This document shows, one piece after another, positions 63,281-64,000 of a stretch of DNA of 64,000 bases. The translations under genes were made by a program, and so were the position numbers. The DNA lies in NCBI GenBank assembly GCA_951406725.2, contig OX597820.1, forward strand, positions 496,001 through 560,000. Direction: 5' to 3'. The stretch's first letter is position 1; the number at the start of each line of letters is the position of its first letter. The notes below the pieces were generated by a model, which was not told the DNA's origin, did no database searches, and was given only the letters and a program-made list of their open reading frames with translations. Source of the stretch: Octopus vulgaris. Its lineage: Eukaryota.

Positions 63281-63851
63281 GTGAGAGAATAATATGTTAA
63301 TGGAAAGTAAGAAACCTATCAATCCCAAATCAAAGAAAGGTGCTAAAATATTCAAACCAAAGAACAATACCCTATGAAGATGTACAATCACAATCACCAG
63401 TTCTCTACTAAACCAGTCAATAACAACAATAATAAAAGCGATCAAAGTCAAAATAATAGCAAGAACTAACTAATATTGATAAGCAAACTAAATTACTAAG
63501 TTCAACTATCTTTACCGAGTACATACATATCAATTACTGGACTCATTATAATCGACTATTCCTCCTCCTTTCAAAATTGCTGGTTTTGTACCTAAGTAAG
63601 AAACCGCTCGGAAAATAAGGGAAGAAGGGGAAGTGCTGTCTTCGGGTCAGTTTGCTGAAAGGTGGATTGATAGTGGCAAGAATGGTGCGAATGAACGGCC
63701 TGCCCTGAACATACGCCTGTAGTTGGAAAAAGGGTACCTACCCCAAAAGTCAGGGTACCCATGCTTATTTCTTATGGGTTTTCATGAGCAGCTCTCGAAC
63801 GTCTCCTCCCTATTGAGGATCACACATTGTTGATTTTTACGCAAAACCCTC

Positions 63852-63888
<37 letters not shown>

Positions 63889-63951
63889 TTCTTTGTTTTG
63901 TCCTGTGCTGTCCATAATGTTTTTGTTAATGTAAACCCTTGTGGTTAAGAA

Positions 63952-64000
<49 letters not shown>

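Overview
Repeat-rich eukaryotic genomic DNA, most likely an octopus/cephalopod (inferred from the tRNA-derived SINE families and the dense TA/CA/GATA microsatellites). One host gene can be reconstructed by hand: a FANCE (Fanconi anemia group E) ortholog on the minus strand with nine phase-compatible GT-AG coding exons from ATG 26806 down to 7475 (466 codons). Its last exon was not found and probably lies beyond base 1. Everything else is mobile-element or simple-repeat DNA: RTE, CR1-group, Tx1 and R4/Dong LINE copies, Penelope-like (GIY-YIG) remnants, a Tigger/pogo fragment, a MITE and many SINEs. Best hunt results: (1) six minimal type I hammerhead ribozyme motifs from four sequence families between 50.4 and 63.2 kb, each in a short cassette next to (TA)n; (2) several LINE clades each sitting in its own microsatellite type, including Tx1 copies in (CTAT)n; (3) a visible CpG-decay boundary near the FANCE 5' end that looks like a gene-body methylation footprint; (4) several local palindromes and fold-backs. 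Family names come from motif recognition only. No searches or folding programs were run, and repeat boundaries are approximate.
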